From positions 23,317 to 87,316 of IMG/VR virus record IMGVR_UViG_3300020047_004811: DNA of 64,000 bases; one strand, 5' to 3'. This document shows, in pieces, positions 63,799-64,000 of the stretch; within the stretch, counting starts at the first letter, position 1; each line of letters begins with the position of its first letter. The position numbers and the translations under genes are program-made. This DNA comes from a virus (Duplodnaviria > Caudoviricetes). Under the pieces are notes generated by a model that did no database searches, was not told the origin of the DNA, and saw only the letters and a program-made list of their open reading frames with translations.

Positions 63799-64000
63799 GA
63801 ACTATATCTGTCCTTATATATGTACGTATTTCCCCAACTCAAAATTGGGGACCTCCGCGACCACTTTCCGAACCTGGACCACCCAACCCCGACACCCTCT
63901 AATTGGATCAAAACACTATCTAAAAGGGATTTATATCCCCGAGTCCTTGCTACCATAGCTCCATACCCCCTAACCTAGCTTAAAAGGCATTTAAACACTT

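Noticed and set aside
997-63902. Antisense and nested ORFs in the track (e.g. 997-1389, 3403-3720, 19604-20005, 48732-49283, 63654-63902)
   Set aside because: They shadow well-supported genes or non-coding regions and lack SD signals and recognisable motifs
1-64000. Genome-wide TAG (or TGA) recoding
   Set aside because: Long genes are intact in code 11 and TAG ends many tightly packed genes; only one suspicious internal TAG was found
1-64000. CRISPR array, DGR, retron, integrase or IS element
   Set aside because: No regularly spaced repeats, reverse transcriptase, recombinase or transposase motifs seen
1-64000. Host assignment
   Set aside because: Sigma70 promoters, lipobox proteins and denV fit many Gram-negative, light-exposed hosts; nothing diagnostic without a search

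Overview
Most of a lytic, podovirus-like dsDNA phage genome; host not identifiable from sequence. Bases 1-28.4 kb are tightly packed + strand early/replication genes: T4 endonuclease V, dCMP deaminase, thioredoxin, PD-(D/E)XK nuclease, ERF recombinase, AEP primase-SF4 helicase fusion, family B DNA polymerase, AAA+ ATPase, dNMP kinase, dUTPase and several HNH/GIY-YIG endonucleases. Bases 28.4-63.6 kb are - strand late genes: endolysin, TerL, trypsin-like protease, portal, scaffold, capsid, fibres, tail tubular/nozzle proteins, putative ejection proteins and holin. No integrase, CRISPR array, canonical tRNA or RNA polymerase/sigma gene was recognised. Top observations: (1) an invariant 9-mer TTAACAACT sits in sense orientation upstream of late genes and of all four long homing endonuclease genes, two of which have hairpins that bury the ribosome-binding site; (2) polB is split into two ORFs by an intronless GIY-YIG gene; (3) a family of promoter-proximal structured ncRNA candidates, including two copies of a shared motif and a tRNA-like RNA with two T-loops; (4) strong CCWGG avoidance; (5) S74 autocleavage modules on putative ejection proteins. 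All calls come from reading the sequence by eye; no database searches were run.
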